Assembly: GCA_965238075.1 (NCBI GenBank)
Contig: OZ250173.1
Span: 1,888,001 to 1,952,000 of the forward strand
DNA: 64,000 nt
DNA from: Candidatus Entotheonellaceae bacterium
GTDB taxonomy: Bacteria; Tectomicrobia; Entotheonellia; Entotheonellales; Entotheonellaceae
Direction of reading: 5' to 3'
Of the stretch, positions 41,503 through 51,084 are shown in pieces. Made by a program: the position numbers and the translations under genes. The notes under the pieces were generated by a model. It was not told where the DNA came from. It worked only from the letters and a program-made list of their open reading frames with translations, and made no database searches. Numbering within the stretch: the stretch's first letter is position 1; each line of letters begins with the position of its first letter.

Positions 41503-42261
41503 CTACTGCGCCACCCAGCCGCCGTCCACGACGAGCTCGCTGCCCGTCACGAAGCGGGACTCGTCGGAGGCCAGGTAGAGAACGGCGTAACCCACGTCGT
41601 CGGGCTGGCCGAATCTACCGAGCGGTACCCGCGACAGCATCGACTGGTAGGCGTTGGGGTCGGACCGCCGCCTTTCGTTCATGGGTGTAGCGATCGGACC
41701 GGGATGAACGGAGTTGACCCGTATACCCTCTTTGGCGTACTGAAGGGCGGTCAATTTGGTCAAGGTGCGCACTGCGCCTTTCGAAGCCTGATATTGCGGG
41801 GTGCTATCGATCGCACCCACCAGCCCATATTGGGAGGAAATGTTAATGATGGAGCCGCCTCCTGAGTTGCGCATCTCCGGTATGGCCACCTTGGTCCCCA
41901 GAAATACGCCCTTGGCGTTGATGTCCATTACCCTGTCCCAGTCTGCCTCGGAGGTTTCTTCCACCAAGCTGCTAACGACGCTGATGCCGGCGTTGTTGAC
42001 CAGGACGTGCAGCCCGCCGAAGCGGGACGTGGTGACAGCGACGGCTTCGTGCCAATTGGCCTCGCTGGTCACGTCCAGGTGAACGAAGACGCAGGCCCCG
42101 CCGCTTTCGTTAATCTCAGCCTCCACTTGGCGGCCTTGGTCGTCCAGGACGTCGCCAATTGCGACCTTGGCGCCTTCCTTGGCGAACAGTCGAGCCTCGG
42201 CGGCGCCCATGCCGCGAGCACCGCCACTGATGAATGCTACCTTCCCGTCAAGTCTGCCCAT
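41503..42261 (-). CDS. SDR oxidoreductase
   Basis: SGGARGMG, VNNAG, YQASK, RVNSVHPG. Confidence 0.93.
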   Translation of the reverse strand: MGRLDGKVAFISGGARGMGAAEARLFAKEGAKVAIGDVLDDQGRQVEAEINESGGACVFVHLDVTSEANWHEAVAVTTSRFGGLHVLVNNAGISVVSSLVEETSEADWDRVMDINAKGVFLGTKVAIPEMRNSGGGSIINISSQYGLVGAIDSTPQYQASKGAVRTLTKLTALQYAKEGIRVNSVHPGPIATPMNERRRSDPNAYQSMLSRVPLGRFGQPDDVGYAVLYLASDESRFVTGSELVVDGGWVAQ

Positions 42262-42423
42262 TGTGAACCCCTCAAAAGAAAGCGCTTGATTGTATCCGTT
42301 CGGACCGGTGCTCAGCTTTGCAGCAAGGCCACACGGGTAGCTTCGTAGCCGGAGCCGTTTTCCACCACGTCCACTTCCACCGCGGTGCCATGGTTGTCAA
42401 GCGTCCGCGCGGCTTCGCCGGGC

Positions 42424-43670
42424 TGATCGGCCCCCACGGAGTGGTCCAGTCCGAATGTTAGTTCATAGCCAGTGTCGGCTCCAATGAATACCTGACAGGG
42501 CTTGACAGAACACCCCGGATTGGCCACAGACCGCCAGGCTGCCCAAGTGGCCAGCCAGCCATCGCAGGCACCACGACCTCCGGCGAAGGCGCCCGGTAGC
42601 CAAGCGAGGCATGCGGCCTCACCCTGTTGTAGTGCCGTCGCCAACTCTCAATCACAACCTGTGCCTCCCGCAGCGTGTAGAAGATCTCACCATTGAGCAG
42701 CTCGTCACGCAACCGCGCATTGAAACTCTCGACATAGCCGTTCTCCCACGGACTGCCAGGCGTGATGTAGGCCGTCTTGGCACCGAGCGCGGCAACTCAT
42801 CCTTGCACAGCCTCAGCGATGAACTCCGGACCATTGTCGGAGCGGATATACCTCGGCACACCGCGCAAGATGAACAACTCCGCCAACATCTCGATGACAT
42901 CGACAGATTTGAGCCGGCGCGCCACCCGCATGGCGAGACATTCGCGGGTGAACTCATCGACGGCGTTGAGCATCCGGTACTTGCGCCCGTCATGGCTGCG
43001 GTCCCGGGCGAAGTCATAGCTCCACACATGGTTTACATGCTCGACTCGCAAACGCATGCACGAGCCGTCGGCGAGCCACAGGCGCCGACGCTTGGGTTGT
43101 TTGGCCGGCACCTTGAGCCCCGCACGCCGCCAGATGCGCTCGACCCGCTTGTCGTTGACCACCCAGCCGGCCTCAACACGCAGCAACTCGGCGATCTTGC
43201 GATAGCCGTAGCGGCCATAGGACCGGGCCAGGGTGATGATGTCTTCGGTCAGGCGGGCCTCATCATGACGCCCCTGCGGCGGCTTGCGCTGCGTCGAACG
43301 GTGCTGTCCGAGTGCCCGGCAGGCACGGCGCTCCGAGACACCCAGTTGGTCTCGGATATGCTCGACACAGAGACGGCGGCGTGCGGGGGCTCAGAAGTTT
43401 CCCCGTGCGGCCTCCTGCAAGATGACGTTGTCCAGGGTCAGGTCGGATACGGCGCGGCGCAGGCGGGCGTTTTCGGTTTCGAGTTCCTTGAGGCGTTTGA
43501 CCTGACTGATCTTGAGGCCGCCGAACTCCTGTCGCCAGCGATAGATGCACGTCGACCTAGCGGAGCTTCGCTACAATCTCTTCTGGCTTGTATCGCTTCT
43601 TTGGCATGATGGTCCTCCTGTATGCTCTTCACACAACATCAGGATGGACCACTTCAAGGGGGGCGGGTCA
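42424..43670 (-). mobile_element. IS3-family (IS407-like) element, inactivated
   Basis: Both IRs present; orfA with frameshift, stop and deletion; orfB WSYDF..RSDNGPEF frameshifted near 42797. Confidence 0.9.
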
Positions 43671-43743
43671 GTGCGGCATCAGCACTACGACGACGAGGAT
43701 TTAGACCCCCGGCCCGTCGCGTCCTAGGTCCAGGAGGGAAGAA

Positions 43744-44193
43744 ATGGCTATGGGTGAGAGACGTACTGTGACAATTGACCAATGTTGCCTGATTGACCTA
43801 GAGGAGCATCGTCCTGACGCTCGCTATGTTGAAGCCCTGATAGATGCCTGGAGGTGCGGACGAATTGACTTGGCTGTGTGCGCAATAGGCGCCACGGAAA
43901 ACACGAAAGACTACTTCCCGGTGGAAACTTACGATGGCTTTAGGCAGCGATTAAGGAACATCGGTTTGGGGGATGTACCCGAGATTCTTCCCTTCGCTCG
44001 TTGGGGCCTGTTCTTTTGGGGCCACGCATTATGGGGCGACGACCAGACGAAAGACCTGGAAAGAAGAATATGGGAGGTCCTCTTTCCTAATTGCGAGTGG
44101 AAGCCAGAATTTAACCGGACACATGCCGGCGAGCCTGCGGCGACCTTTCCCCTTGGGTCGACAGAAGGGGGCGGCCTGATTGGCGATTTCTGA
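43744..44193 (+). CDS. Hypothetical protein, possibly PIN-like and C-terminally truncated
   Basis: RBS GGAGG; N-terminal TVTIDQCCLIDLEE resembles the PIN DTN motif. Confidence 0.45.
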   Translation: MAMGERRTVTIDQCCLIDLEEHRPDARYVEALIDAWRCGRIDLAVCAIGATENTKDYFPVETYDGFRQRLRNIGLGDVPEILPFARWGLFFWGHALWGDDQTKDLERRIWEVLFPNCEWKPEFNRTHAGEPAATFPLGSTEGGGLIGDF

Positions 44194-44207
44194 AATGGCT
44201 TCTGAAT

Positions 44208-45488
44208 TCACTTCTCGAACGTTCGCATCACTCGAAAGCCGATCTTGGAGGAGTGCTCGTCGGGCACATTCGCGTGACGGCGGCCAGAACGATTATCCAG
44301 CGGTTTATCCTTCCAGGAGCCGCCACGCACGACACGCCTGGCGCAATTTCCGGTACCCCACGCCCGACCGTCTTCGGGCGCCCCATTGTAATGGCTGTTA
44401 TAGCAGTCCAGTGTCCACTCACTGGCATTTCCATGTATATCGTGGAGACCAAAGGCATTCGCCTCAAAAGACCCCACTTCCAGCGTTCGCCCCCTATATA
44501 TATCTGAAGTGAGAACGCCGCTACGGCGCCAATCGTATCGCCCGTCATAGTTGGCCTGTTCAGACGTGATTGACTGGCCTGTGTGAAACAGGGTCGTCGT
44601 GTTGGCTCTCGCCACGTATTCCCACTCCGACTCGCTCGGTAGTCGGTAATCCATACCCGTCCGGCCAGACAGCCAGTCTGTATACGTCTTCGCTTCATGC
44701 CAGGTCACGTGGGTGACGGGTCGCTTCCCGTTTCTCGGCCCCTTATGCCTGTCGAGGGTAATAGAACTGCAGCCGCCTTCGTTGACACAGGCATCCCACT
44801 CCGCAAGAGTGACCTCATATGCGCCGACGGCAAATGAATAGGAAATTTCCACGGCATGCCTTGGTTCTTCATTAACCTTAGCGTCTTTTTCCGAGGGTCC
44901 CGAACCCATAAAGAACTTGCCCGGCGGTATTGAAGCCATTTCGGGACAGTGATCATCGCAGTCTCGAAATGAAACGGGACCCCGCAACAGCAACCCGACT
45001 GATTCTTGGCTGAGGAAACCCGTCTGCGTCTCACCGCGAGACTTCTGCCAGCAGCTTATTGCGCCGCGCGTCCGTGCATCAAATAACAGGGCGACCTCTT
45101 CACTGGGTTCGCATCCGGATTGCGCCAAATGATATTTGATCCAACGAATTTGCCAGCGCTCCAGATTCAGCTCTGCCTCTTTGACTTTTGCGATGTCGCT
45201 TTCAAGAATGATTTTCAGCTTCTGCAATATCTCTCCCTGTCTCTCACCGGCAGCGACAAGAAGCTGCTTCGTGACCGTCATGCGTTCCCGGTTGTCTTCG
45301 GCCTGTTGCTTCAGCAGGTTCGCCTGCTCTCTCAGTTCCTCTACTTCGATGTCAATATCAGCCAAGCGATTTCGTATGGTGAAGAAGTTGACCACCTGGA
45401 ACGCAACCAGGATGAGGACCGTCAAAAGGACTGCGAGGACTAATGGATTCCGCAAGGAAAATGCACCAGGATCTTGGCCTTCACGCAC
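44208..45488 (-). CDS. FGE/SUMF1-domain protein with TM, coiled coil and PG-binding-like segment
   Basis: FRDC..CPEM, YEVT..EW, YRLPSESEWEY, NAFGLHDIHGN, RGGSW, IGFRV; TRGAISCWQKSRG..TG. Confidence 0.88.
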   Translation of the reverse strand: MREGQDPGAFSLRNPLVLAVLLTVLILVAFQVVNFFTIRNRLADIDIEVEELREQANLLKQQAEDNRERMTVTKQLLVAAGERQGEILQKLKIILESDIAKVKEAELNLERWQIRWIKYHLAQSGCEPSEEVALLFDARTRGAISCWQKSRGETQTGFLSQESVGLLLRGPVSFRDCDDHCPEMASIPPGKFFMGSGPSEKDAKVNEEPRHAVEISYSFAVGAYEVTLAEWDACVNEGGCSSITLDRHKGPRNGKRPVTHVTWHEAKTYTDWLSGRTGMDYRLPSESEWEYVARANTTTLFHTGQSITSEQANYDGRYDWRRSGVLTSDIYRGRTLEVGSFEANAFGLHDIHGNASEWTLDCYNSHYNGAPEDGRAWGTGNCARRVVRGGSWKDKPLDNRSGRRHANVPDEHSSKIGFRVMRTFEK

Positions 45489-45621
45489 TAGCTTCTCCTT
45501 TCTCGTTGGCGTCTGAAAATTGAAGCAATACCCAAGGGAAGTCGATCAAGTGCCAGACACGTACGGCGACCGGTACAGTAAACAGGCTGAAGGCGCCAAT
45601 CCGGACGGGGGCAAGCAGGGC

Positions 45622-45870
45622 TGACCCAGCCCCTTGAATCCGGGCCGCGGTGCTGTAGAGTCCATTGGAGTTGGGAGAATGGGTTCTATGAAGCGCCGAT
45701 TCACGGACCAACAGATCATCGGCATGATCCGGGAGCAAGAAGGGGGATTGAAGACCTCCGAGGTTTTCCGCAAGTATGGTACCAGCGACGCTACCTTCTA
45801 CAAGTACAAAGCCATGTTCGGCGGTATGACCGTGTCGGATGCAAGGAAGCTAAGGGCTCTGGATGTCCTC
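45622..45870 (+). mobile_element. IS3-family left end with orfA fragment
   Basis: TGACCCAGCCCCTTGAATCC; MKRRFTDQQIIG..ATFYKYK. Confidence 0.8.
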
Positions 45871-45899
45871 TTACTCTTCTAGACTAACGAACAGATCGG

Positions 45900-46590
45900 A
45901 TGGTTTCAATGGGCCTGCATACAACTCTACAAGCCTTTGCCAACACTGTGACAGCCAAAATGGCACAGGTGACACCTGGCTCGCCAGAAGACCAGATACG
46001 CGCCCCATTTGAGACCTTCATAGCCGCTGCCGCCCAGGCTTTGGGCTGGAACGTCGTCTGCACGGGTGAAACGCCCCTGCCCGACCGCCTCGGGCGCCCG
46101 GATTACGCCGTTCATCTCAACCAATTACTGGCTGGATATGTCGAACTCAAGGCCCCCGGCGTCGGCGCCACCGCCAGTCGGTTCAAGGGGCGTAACCGAG
46201 ACCAGTTCATTCGCTTCTCAGTCATCCCGAACCTTCTCTACACCGACGGCAATGAATGGGCGCTTTACCGAGACGGCCAGCTTGTGGACCGGGTTGTTCA
46301 TCTGTCGGGCGATGTTATGGCTGACGGCAGTAAGGCCGCCACGCTCCATGACGCACATGCTGTCGAACGCCTGTTGCGCGACTTCCTCTCGTGGCAGCCG
46401 TTTATCCCCACCGACCACACGGGCAAGATCGACCTCCAGGGCTTTGCCGCAATGGTGGCCCCGTTGTGCCGCATGTTGCGTGACGACGTGACCGAAGCCC
46501 TCAAGCGCCCGGCTTCGTCCCTGGTACAACTGGCGCAGGACTAGCGGCAACTGCTCTTCCCGGATGCCTCGGACGATCAGTTTGCCGATA
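45900..46590 (+). pseudogene. Type ISP/IIG restriction-modification enzyme N-terminus, truncated
   Basis: GRPDYAV..GYVELKAPG, PNLLYTDGNEWALYRDG; in-frame TAG at 46542 then RQLLFPDASDDQFAD. Confidence 0.75.
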
Positions 46591-46591
46591 C

Positions 46592-48063
46592 ACCTACCTG
46601 CCGAGCGGCGGCCCCATCCCGCTGCACCGCTATCGCAAGCCGCGTGCGTCGGCGACCCAGCAACGCGCTGACCGCATCGGTGACTTGGCCCGCAAGCTGT
46701 CAGTGCCGCGGGCGGCCCTGAGCGGGGTGGACGATAGCCTGGCGCGCGCTGCCGACGCGGTGCCGCTGCGCCGCCAACCCTTTGTCGACCCCGACCCTTA
46801 TGGACAGTTCACCTATGGCGGCCGCCTCGAGGCGCTGCGCGGCGTCTCAGACCTGCTGCATCGGCCCTTGACGCGTCTGGCCGAGGACGACCTCGACTTC
46901 ATCAACGCGCTCGTGGAGCGCACCCTCGACAAGGCCGCCATCGAGCAAGCCGTCCTTGAGCGGTTTCTGCCGAAACGGCCCGCCGCAAGCAAGGAGAACG
47001 CGCGATGCTGAATGCCGAAATCATGGCGCGATACGCGCTGGCGAAGGACTGGCGCAGTGCGGGATTCTATGAGACCGAAAACCACCGTCAGATCGGGCGG
47101 ACGGTGCGCGCCGGCCTCGGCGCCGGTCGCCTAATTGCCATCACCGGCCCGATTGGCGTCGGCAAGACCGTCTTCCTGCATCGTTTGCAGGACGAGATCG
47201 CCAGTGAGAAGAAGGTGGTGGTGGCCGAGAGCCTGTCGGTCGACACCAACCGGACCACCGTGCCGACGCTGATCGCTGCCCTGTTCTACGATCTGTCACG
47301 CGAAAAGGAGCTGAAGATCCCCACCCAGGGCGAAAAGCGCGAACGCGAGCTGCGAAAGCTCGTGCTGCGCGGCGGCAAGCCGGTCGCCCTGTTCATCGAT
47401 GAAGCCCATGGTCTGCATAGCAGAAACCTGAACGGACTCAAGCGGCTGATGGAGGTGATCGCCCGTGGCGGCGGCAGCCTGTCCGTGGTGCTGATCGGGC
47501 ATCCGAAGCTGCGCAACGACCTGCGCCGTCCGACCATGGAGGAGATCGGCCACCGCACCGACATCCTGTCCTTTGAGGGCCTCGGTGAGGACGCGCCCGC
47601 CTACCTGGACTGGCTGCTCGCCGAGTGCACCGAGGCGGACACCGACGTCGATGCCCTGATCGAGCCCGCGGCCCTGGACCTGATGGCACTCCGACTGACC
47701 ACGCCGCTGCAGTTTGCCGAGCACCTCAACCGTGCCTTTGAGGCCGGCTTCCGCACCGGCCAGAAGCCGATCACCGCCGAGATTGTCGCCGCCACGCTGG
47801 CGCCTGATTTTGACGACCTCGAACCGCGGCTGACCCGCCAGGGCTATTCCGTCAAGGTGCTGGCTGACCAGTTCCATGCCAAGCCCAGTGAGATCCGCCG
47901 TTTCCTGGGCGGCCAACTCGACGCCGGTCGTACCCGGGAGCTTGCCGACCGGATGCGCGCTGTCGGGCTGGCCGTGTGACGCGCGCCGTCTGTTCGCACG
48001 GCGACGGTTTCAGTCTCAATAATGTGAGCCGAAAACGGCGATGATCTTGTCTGTAAAGTGTCA
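46592..48063 (+). mobile_element. Right part of a transposase + ExeA-like ATPase transposon
   Basis: Transposase tail (PSGGPIPLHRYRK, to 47011) overlapping the ATPase; end ...GTCTGTAAAGTGTCA. Confidence 0.65.
47005..47979 (+). CDS. ExeA-like AAA ATPase (transposition helper)
   Basis: GPIGVGKT, LFIDEAH, LIGHPKLRNDLRRPTMEEIG. Confidence 0.88.
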   Translation: MLNAEIMARYALAKDWRSAGFYETENHRQIGRTVRAGLGAGRLIAITGPIGVGKTVFLHRLQDEIASEKKVVVAESLSVDTNRTTVPTLIAALFYDLSREKELKIPTQGEKRERELRKLVLRGGKPVALFIDEAHGLHSRNLNGLKRLMEVIARGGGSLSVVLIGHPKLRNDLRRPTMEEIGHRTDILSFEGLGEDAPAYLDWLLAECTEADTDVDALIEPAALDLMALRLTTPLQFAEHLNRAFEAGFRTGQKPITAEIVAATLAPDFDDLEPRLTRQGYSVKVLADQFHAKPSEIRRFLGGQLDAGRTRELADRMRAVGLAV

Positions 48064-49260
48064 CCAGTCCGAGGCATGAACGCCCCGGAGAGGTAGCGGT
48101 GGTCGGACCGTCATGATCTGGGTCGACTGGGGCCGTGCTTGAGTGGGGTCGCCACCGCCCTTCCCAGTGTCCTGAATGGTTACATGAGCATCAAGGCTCG
48201 CATGACAAGAACAGGAGAGGAAGGATGACGGATCATATCCTTGGCGTTGACATCTCGAAAGCCAACCTGGCCGTCCATCTCGTCCCGACAGGCGAAACCC
48301 AGCAATTCGCTAACAACACCGTCGGCTTCCGCCGCCTTATCGCTTGGCTCCGGGGTCGCCCCGTAGGCCGCGTGGTCTACGAGCCCACGGGAGCTTGGCA
48401 TCGAGATTTCGAGCGAGTGCTTGGCAACGCCGGCTTGCCCCTGTCACGAGTCAATCCGTTGCAGGCACGGCGTTTTGCGCAAGCACTGGGGCAAAAGGCC
48501 AAGACAGATGCTGTTGACGCCCGGATCTTGGCGGCAATGGGCCAAGTGCTTGACCTGCCCCGCTCCAGACCACCCTCGCAGTGGCAGACTGAACTCCGGG
48601 AGCTGCACACAGCTCGACTGGCACTGGCCAAGGATCGAACGGCAACGCTGAACCGCCAGAAACAGGCGCGCGTCCCCTTGCTCAAGCGTCAATGCGCAAG
48701 CCGTCTGCGGCATATCGAGCGCCAACTCAAAGCCCTTGAGGCCGAGATGGCAAAGCACGTCAAGGCCGATCCTGCGCAAGCGCGGGCGTTCGAGATACTG
48801 AACTCGATCCCGGGAATCTCGGTCATCACCGCCGTCGCCGTGCTCTCGGAGCTCCCGGAGATTGGCTCGCTCGACCCCAAGGCCGCGGCCAGTCTGGCCG
48901 GCCTGGCGCCAGTCACGCGGCAATCCGGCACCTGGCAAGGGCACAGCTTCGTCCAAGGGGGCCGGCGAAGGCTGCGCCAGGCGCTCTACATGCCGGCTGT
49001 CTCAGCGATCTCATGTAACCCTGACCTGGCCCGGAAGTATCGCCAGCTCTGCCAGGCCGGCAAGCCGCCGAAGGTGGCGATCACCGCTGTCATGCGCAAG
49101 CTCTTGCTGCTTGCCAATGCGCTGATTGCCCAGGATAGAATTTGGGCAGCCACTCCGCCAACGTGTGCGTAAGCCCGGCCACGGCGCAGAGCGACGCTCG
49201 GCCCACCTTGAAACGGGCTCACCGGAGGAACAACATATCGCGTTGACAACAGGGTTACTC
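48064..49260 (+). mobile_element. IS110-family element (boundaries approximate)
   Basis: About 160-bp non-coding left end; candidate right end TTGACAACAGGGTTACTC 49243-49260. Confidence 0.7.
48225..49172 (+). CDS. IS110 DEDD recombinase
   Basis: GVDISK, YEPTG, KTDAVDA, SIPGI, RQSG, AVMRKLL. Confidence 0.93.
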   Translation: MTDHILGVDISKANLAVHLVPTGETQQFANNTVGFRRLIAWLRGRPVGRVVYEPTGAWHRDFERVLGNAGLPLSRVNPLQARRFAQALGQKAKTDAVDARILAAMGQVLDLPRSRPPSQWQTELRELHTARLALAKDRTATLNRQKQARVPLLKRQCASRLRHIERQLKALEAEMAKHVKADPAQARAFEILNSIPGISVITAVAVLSELPEIGSLDPKAAASLAGLAPVTRQSGTWQGHSFVQGGRRRLRQALYMPAVSAISCNPDLARKYRQLCQAGKPPKVAITAVMRKLLLLANALIAQDRIWAATPPTCA

Positions 49261-49429
49261 AAGCCGCCACAGGTAGGGGACCGGAGATGCCGTTGTCTGC
49301 CGTTACGTAACGCTTGGTATTGGCTACTGAGCCAGTATCTCGGGAGGTGAAGTAGCGACAGCTTGCGCTGTGAGTGAGCTGTGAGTGGGAGGAGCAACAT
49401 GTCGTATTGACAACATGGTTACTCAAGCC

Positions 49430-50167
49430 CGACGGCCGATAATCTCAGGTCGCTACAGGTAGGGGTGTGCAGCAAGACTTTGCTGAAGCCGTGAAGTGGT
49501 TTCGCAAGGCGGTTGAGCAAGGCCTCGACCCAAGTACAACCTAGGCGTCGCATGGCGCGGGGTGTACCGCATGACTTCGTCGAGGCAACGAAATGGTACC
49601 GCAACGCAGCTGAGCAGGGCTTCGCCAAAGCGCAATACAATGTGAAAAATGGCGCGGGGTGTACCGCATGACTTCGTCGAGGCAACGAAATGGTACCGCA
49701 ACGCAGCTGAGCAGGGCTTCGCCAAAGCGCAATACAACTTGGGCGTCCTGTATGACAATGGCCCGGGGGACTTACCGGAGGACAATGCCGAGGAAGTAAA
49801 GTGGTACCGCAAGGCCGCCGAACAGGGAGTCGCCTTAGCGCAGAGCAATCTGGGCCTTATGTATGCCAAGGGCGAGGGCGTGGAGCAGAATTATGTCGAA
49901 GCCGTGAAATTGTACCGTAAGGCGGCCGAACAGGGCGTTGCTTTAGGACAACACAATCTGGGACTTATGTATAACCTTGGCGAGGGTGTGCCACAGGACG
50001 ACGTTCAGGCCTACGCTTGGTTCAATACCGCTGCCGCTCAAGGGAACGAACTTGCCAAGGAAAATAAGGAGCGCGTCGCTGAGTCCATGACCCGCGAAGG
50101 ACGCGCCCGCGCACAAGAACTTGCGCGCCAGTACTGGGAAGCCTACGTGCTGCCTTTCCGAAACTGA
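49430..50167 (+). pseudogene. Sel1-repeat protein; 5' part degraded, intact ORF 49649-50167
   Basis: Repeated AQYNLG.MY..G.GV..D..EA.KWYRKAAEQG; broken repeats and an ~89-bp duplication upstream. Confidence 0.8.
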
Positions 50168-50283
50168 CCCACGCGGCCCTGCGGCAGTAACATAACGCAT
50201 CCGAACCAGCCAGCCGCCCCTCCGGGCGGGGTTATCGAAGGCGATCTGGCCTTACGGAAGTTGTCAGTAACCACTATCCAGCC

Positions 50284-50317
50284 GCCCCTCCGGGACATTC
50301 TCCGGAGGGGCTTTTTT
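50284..50317 (+). terminator. Rho-independent terminator
   Basis: GCCCCTCCGGGA-CAT-TCTCCGGAGGGGC followed by T-tract. Confidence 0.7.
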
Positions 50318-50325
50318 ACGTCCGA

Positions 50326-50353
50326 AGGCGACATATCTGGCCTTATCGGAAGT
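50326..50353 (-). other. dif-like (Xer-type) site
   Basis: Minus strand ACTTCCGATAA-GGCCAG-ATATGTCGCCT. Confidence 0.5.
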
Positions 50354-50403
50354 TGTCAGGTAACCACTATCTGGACGGGAGGTAAGCCGAAATCATGGCC
50401 GGT

Positions 50404-50610
50404 TCAACGGACACTCGTGGCCTCGGGCTCGCGATCGGGCCGTCGGGTCGGACGCCTGGCCAACTCGCCACTGCAATTGGGGCAGGTGGCATCCATCGAG
50501 GTTGTGCACCTCGGGCAGAAGGTGCACTCGTAGGAACAAATGAACGCCTCCGACACATGCGTCAGCGGCGCGTGACACCTTTCGCACTCCGTTCTCATCT
50601 CCAGCGCCAT
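50404..50610 (-). CDS. DUF1272 family Cys-rich protein
   Basis: LEMR..CERC..AFICSYECTFC..C..CPNC.GEL.RRP. Confidence 0.88.
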   Translation of the reverse strand: MALEMRTECERCHAPLTHVSEAFICSYECTFCPRCTTSMDATCPNCSGELARRPTRRPDREPEATSVR

Positions 50611-50737
50611 CTCCGTAACATGCTCCTACACGAGGCAGCGTCAAGCTGCCGACCCTGAGCGAGTGACCGCCGATCCTGCCGGCGATGCCGCCAACAGAGG
50701 GATAAGCCCAAGCTTGCGGCAGGGCGAGGTGAGGCAA

Positions 50738-50765
50738 AGGCTACATAAAACAGCTTATCGGAAAT
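50738..50765 (-). other. dif-like (Xer-type) site
   Basis: Minus strand ATTTCCGATAA-GCTGTT-TTATGTAGCCT. Confidence 0.6.
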
Positions 50766-51084
50766 GGCCGCACAAGCTGAATCCAGACCAACCACAACCC
50801 TGGCCAAGATCAAGGAATGGTTCGCACTCGCCAGCCTCATAGTGGTCCTTGCAGGCGGTATCGCCGCCGGTCTGCTCGGCGGCATGAAACTCGTGATCGC
50901 GCCCCTGCAGTCAGATATCCGGGCCATCCACAGCCGTCTCGACCGGATGGACAGGGCAAGCAGAGTGCGGAGTTGGCTAACAGTGCTGTTCCGCTGCCCC
51001 AGGCGACTGGTTCATACCTCCAAGGGCGCAACACCCTACAGGCTCATGCCGCCATCCAGAAAAAGGGTCTGTCCGGTCATGTAA
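50764..51084 (+). CDS. Small TM + coiled-coil hypothetical protein (3' end doubtful)
   Basis: Hydrophobic helix then LQSDIRAIHSRLDRMD, running into the 60-bp repeat. Confidence 0.45.
   Translation: MAAQAESRPTTTLAKIKEWFALASLIVVLAGGIAAGLLGGMKLVIAPLQSDIRAIHSRLDRMDRASRVRSWLTVLFRCPRRLVHTSKGATPYRLMPPSRKRVCPVM
50939..50998. repeat. 60-bp dispersed repeat, copy 2
   Basis: Matches 40144-40203. Confidence 0.9.

Noticed and set aside
49432-49460. Further dif-like site (GGCCGATAA-TCTCAG)
   Set aside because: No second arm; better explained as a degraded Sel1 YNLGV codon run
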